Shown here: positions 59,186 to 64,000 of the stretch, in pieces
Layout of the letters: each line of letters begins with the position of its first letter
Position numbering within the stretch: position 1 is the stretch's first letter
Source: Atractiella rhizophila
Lineage: Eukaryota
Length of the DNA: 64,000 nt
Reading direction: 5' to 3'
Assembly: GCA_021432655.1 (NCBI GenBank)
Contig: MU271328.1
Location: forward strand, 1-64,000
Program-made: the position numbers and the translations under genes
Notes under the pieces: model-generated
The model's database searches: none
Told to the model about the DNA's origin: nothing
What the model saw: only the letters and a program-made list of their open reading frames with translations

Positions 59186-62100
59186 TTAATCCCTATCTAC
59201 ATCCAAACCCAGTTTATGAACAATGAAGCAGTCACCAAACCACGGTCTAGGAATTACAGCAACAACTTCCTTGATATCTTCCACGGAAATGACAGTGAGG
59301 GAACCTTCAACACCCGGCTTGCAGCTCAGAATAACAGAGTGGATGTCGTGCTGCTCGTAATCGCCGTACGGTCGAATCAGTGCCAGGTGATGTACGCTCG
59401 AAGCCAGTGAAACTTCCAAGAAAAAGCATACCTCACCATATTGCATTTCAATTCGCGTGGGCCCCATTGTTCCAAGCCAGGGTACAGTTCGTTGTAGATA
59501 CATAATATTCCGACTGATGCGTACTTCATTGATAGGCCGCTCGAGCTCTTTCCATTGTGTGCGAACTCTCTCGCCGTTAGGAAGTTGCAGGCGCCCATTT
59601 CGTAAACCTTCCGTCCCACGTCAATGCGATCTCCCCATGGATTCGCTGTAGAAAAGCAGATACAACCGTCTTTTCTATGTCACTGCAAATCGAACTTACA
59701 GAAGCTCGCAACAAAGCATATGAATTTCTCAGATCTAAAGCTCCTCGAGGCAGGGTACGAAGTGCGCGTTTCTTCATGAGCGTAGGGTCGATTGATCGTA
59801 AAGCTTGACATTGAGCTTGCTGGATGCATTGTCTAGACAGATTTTGGTACGGCCGTGAAGGCTGTCGAAGTCGTGATCCTAAAATGCCGATCGTTCGTTC
59901 GAGAGTCCACTGAGTGACGTAGATGAAAGGCCCAACTCTTCGTGTCTGGGCAACAAGATAAAGAAATTTATGCAGTGAAATTCTGCAAAAGTTGATCCGA
60001 TGGATGTCCCTCTGATAATACAATTTTTCAAACTCTTCCACAAACTCAATAATGAGATTTTCAACATGATTGAGCTCAGTTTGCGAAATCTGCCGCTTTC
60101 GAAGGATCCGGACACAATAGACAATCTTGAGGTAATGTGAGAAGTAAGGCTCAGGGATATATCCTTCGAGGAGCCCAGGACCAAGGCCATAAAAGTATGT
60201 TTCCCATTCTTTAGCCTTATAATCCGAATACTTGATGTCAATGTTGCGAAGGAATTTATCCCAAGATGAGGGGATATGAATTCGGGTGTTTGCAACCTCG
60301 ATTCCATGCTGCTCCCACAATGGCCCAATTGAGAGCTTCCCAGGGCATCCGATCTTCAGCAGGAATGGGAACGGGAGCTGCTGCAATCTGACTACGCTTT
60401 CTCTTCCCCAATCCACTTCGTTTCTTGTTTGTAGGATAAATTGTTCCATGCCAGAGACCAAGCATAAGTTCAGGAAAGTTCAGGTTCGGATGATGCATTC
60501 CATCGACAACAAAACAGAAGGGGGGGCCGTTTCCAAATGTGGAAATTTCTGCAAAGGGGGTGTCACGGACAATTCCATACTGTCTTTGGAGAGCTGCTGC
60601 CTTACGATTTTGACCAGCACGTCTTGCCGTTTGAATTTCTTCAAGGCGGGCTCGATATTCTTCAGCAGTCTCTGTGGGAAGGTTTCGGGGATCATAATCT
60701 GGTCGCTCAAATTCAGATTCTTGATAGTCGAGCGGCCACAGGAGAGTAAAATAATAGATTGGAGCGCCAGGTTGATGCACTCCAATTAAAGCACAGCCAT
60801 TGATGTGGCTTCCGCGACGGCCAGTGTGGCCAACCTCCCCTCCCATCTCACTTGCACAGATTGTATCAAACAGGCCCAGGGCAATGAAAGGACGGGAGCC
60901 AAACCAGATATTAAACTCGGACTCATGGATTAGATAGCCTTTGACTGAAAACTGCTTGACCCATTGAAAGATGGGATGAAGAAAGGAATTTTGATCCCAA
61001 GGCTTGTTTGGGCCAGGGATAATTGCAATGGGCATGACATATTGCTGCTTGTATCGAATTTCCGGCGGGAGATTGTAATCGATCATAATGACAAAGATAG
61101 CATCGGAAGGCTTCTTGTTGTTGAAAACTTGCGCTCCATCAAGAGAAAAGGCAAGAACGGTATCGGAAGGTAAGATTTTCTTTTCACGAGCAAGCTTGAG
61201 GTAATCTGAACCACAATAGATATCGTCGAGGATATCAGGTAGCATCCCATCTTGGGGACACTTTTCGAGAAGGTCCTTCATCCGTCTGGCCCTATGCTTT
61301 GAAGCAGATGCTCCTTCTTCGGTGGCCCAGCGAGCCTGGAGGGGAGCTTCAAATGGAACCACGAAATACTGTTGTCTAGGAACCTTCTTCTTGCGCTTGC
61401 CTCCTGGTTTTGACATCGCTTCTCGATAGCGTGATAGGTGACATTTTGGGCATTCCATGAATTCAGACCATTCACCAGTATATGTAATGCAAGAGTTCGG
61501 ACACATGTCAAATGCCTCTGGCATTATATGACTTTTCTCCTTGATGCAACGCTTTATTCGATCGAGGGAAAGTGTGCTTGTCTTGAATCGCTCCTCCACC
61601 CAGGCACAAAGATCCTCATACAAGTCTCCAGCAGCACGTCCGTGGCAAATCATGAAAAGCTCAAGGGAGATAATTTGTTCGTGAGTTAATGGAGTATACT
61701 CATATTTCTCTTCCTCCATGACATTATGAACTTGTCTGTCAGAATCTTGGGTTGTTATCTGTTCACAAGAGAGACAACGAAGTTGTTCATCAGCCAACAA
61801 GAGATTTGCACCCAGCTCGTCCACTATTGAAGGTCAGTATGATAATATTCCTAATATCAGTACTTACGCTCATGATTTTCCCTATTTGCTCACTGTTTTC
61901 TTTTTCTCCATCACACTCCTCTTCCTCCTCTTCCTCCCCTTCTTCCTCATCCTCTTCATCTTTCTCCTGCTCATTCTCGCTTAAATCATCTTGGGGTTCC
62001 TCTTCTCCTGGTTCTCCAACTATTGGACGTGCCAATCGGTCTCGCACAAGTCGACGATGTTCAACCCGCTCAAGCTCGTTCAGAATAGTTTGGATCGGGT

Positions 62101-62472
62101 CATCCCCAGGCATAGAAGTGCCGTCGCAGCCGGAAGGAGGTTGTGAAGGAATATGGTGTGAGAGGTTGATGTTATGTTCATTGTTGTTGCTCTAAAGCTC
62201 TCTTAGGATCTTAGGACAATTAACCTGAAATAACGACATACCAGCGGCCCAACCTCAGATCCATCCAAGAAATCATCCTCCATTTCTCCCTGTTCCTCCA
62301 TATCTCTAGCAGAGATGTCTTCTTGCCCTATGCCTCCCATCATAGCCTGATCTGCTTCTCGATACGGAGCATGGCGGTTATAGGAGCTCTTGCCAACCCT
62401 TCTCCATTCTCCTCCGCAATATTTCGTGCAGTTACACTCCCAAATATTGTTCTCACCATCTCCTTTGGCCAT
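59186..62472 (-). pseudogene. Near full-length CACTA/EnSpm (Transposase_21) transposase with frameshifts
   Basis: N-terminal CNCTKYC...YNRH, FDMCPNSCITYTG, DDIYCGSDY, SLDGAQVF, NLPPEIRY...IIPGPNKP, VDGMHH, YKAKEW, FVEEFEKLYYQ, QWTLERTIG. Frameshifts near 60330 and 59600. Confidence 0.92.
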
Positions 62473-62625
62473 CACAGATTTTGGGGTAGATTTAGAGCAG
62501 TTGGAAGGACTCAATGGCGCAGAATTATGGGACTCACGTGCGTACGTCAACTTCATTCTTCTTCCACGACGACCTGGATATTTCCTCACTATTTTTCCTT
62601 ACTAATTTACGGCAGTACCTCTTTA

Positions 62626-63680
62626 ATATGTCTTCAAATCGTTCCTACAACTATGACGAGGCTGATGATGATATAGGAGGTGCTTTTATGTCCTGGTCAG
62701 ATAATGAAGGGTATGGGGACTTGTCCGTTCAGGGATATTCATGAAGCCCATCCGTCCTTCCTTCCACAGTCCTTCTAATGTTATCCATCTGATAAATCTG
62801 TGGCCAGAGTCTGATGTTGACCCATATGAACACCTTACAATGCTCCCTCCGTCAACTGGTCTGTCACGGCACACGCAGAGGGGTGATGTTTCTCGTACAC
62901 CTTCCTCCCAACCTTCAGTCCCTCCGCAAAGTCAAAAGCCCTTCTCTGAGCTTTCTGAACAAGACTGGCTGAAGATTCAACAGGCGGATGAACATGCTTT
63001 CTCCTTTGTCAATGGGTAGAGGCCAGGCATGGGGTTAAATGTTTTATATCTTGTTTCTTACTTCTTCTTTTGATATTCAGAGTGATTTTGATTATGGTGG
63101 AGAGACTCCTCCCACTATCCCATTGAACAATGATTCAGGTGGAATGAGAAAGAAAAAGGCTGCTGGGGCCCAGTCTGATGTTGCTTTGGAGCATAGACCA
63201 TGTGGAGATAAGTACTTCAATGAGCAAGATGAAAATGAGCTCTATCAATGATACTATGGATTAGTGGGAGAGATGAGGATGTAGGTGGTGAGATCAATTA
63301 TTTAGGTGTACATTTCATCTGTATTTATATTTTGATTATTTATTTCTGTTTGAAGATAGAAGAGCTACCTCCAGCTGAGAAAGATTGAGTGAAAGCTTTT
63401 AATCTCTTCAAAAAAGCTGGAATGACTCGCAGATGCTTCAATATGTTGCGAGACACATGGCCAGACAGGCTGGACATTATAGGATGGACATTCCAAGCCT
63501 GCCAAGGCTTATACAAAAACTTGAGAAGCTCACTGACCTGCTAATGAAAGAGTTTGAGTGTTGTGTGACTCACAAGTGAATTTTAACTGCCCTTTGTATG
63601 AGAGCTATCAGCAGTCTCCATACTGTAATGAGCCTCGTTATGAACAGCGAAAGGAAACAAATTGCTAAAAAGGTATGTAT
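62626..63680 (+). pseudogene. Possible second, divergently oriented CACTA transposase N-terminal remnant
   Basis: Acidic exons with introns, then EFECCV...YCNEPRYE resembling the CxxxC...CxExRY block. Heavily decayed. Confidence 0.4.
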
Positions 63681-64000
63681 GCTTTGATCAGTCAGGAGGT
63701 CCTGGTTTATGGAAAGATGTTACAGAGTCTCTCTTTGTCGAGCTCTTTTATGATACATGGATTCCAAGCAATGATATCATCGTTAAGAACACCACAAGCT
63801 GCAAGTCTCATCCAGATTTACCCATCAACAGCTACACCAATGAGCCAATGGATGTATGGGCTGTAATCGATCCAGTTCGAGCAGATACAACATATGAGGA
63901 ACTGATGGAACTTTGTCTTCAAAGTCTCAATTTGAATATTTCCCACCTAGCAGGACACATCCTATTTCTTTACAAATAATCTTTCATGTTTTGAGAGCTC

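Noticed and set aside
1..64000. rRNA, tRNA or prokaryotic operons; species-level identification
   Set aside because: None recognised. The sequence supports only a fungal, probably basidiomycete, origin.

Overview
Eukaryotic, fungal-looking DNA, most likely basidiomycete given the short GT-AG introns with CTRAY-type branch points and the basidiomycete-type TE and NLR families. The window is a nested transposable-element graveyard with one 530-N gap (45449-45978). It holds a pogo-type deletion derivative, Copia and Gypsy/chromovirus remnants, solo LTRs, two Helitron Rep/helicase remnants, several CACTA (Transposase_21) remnants, a Plavaka fragment, a 5'-truncated LINE, a hAT with perfect TIRs and TSD, a hAT MITE, and a pseudogenised patatin-STAND (NLR-like) gene with an inverted partial paralog. 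Three observations stand out. (1) A very young 1637-bp Copia-type gag-only LTR element whose primer-binding site is complementary to its own predicted transcript 5' end, a Tf1-like self-priming architecture. (2) A tandem pair of ~130-nt multi-helix RNA motifs with compensatory base changes in the chromovirus 3' UTR. (3) A 2.6-kb block (about 42864-45448) that is the hAT transposase written in mirror image. It reads as a spliced gene only as the un-reversed complement, almost certainly a gap-filling artefact, and a second such block may lie near 39.1-40.9 kb. All alignments and translations were done by eye; no database searches were run.
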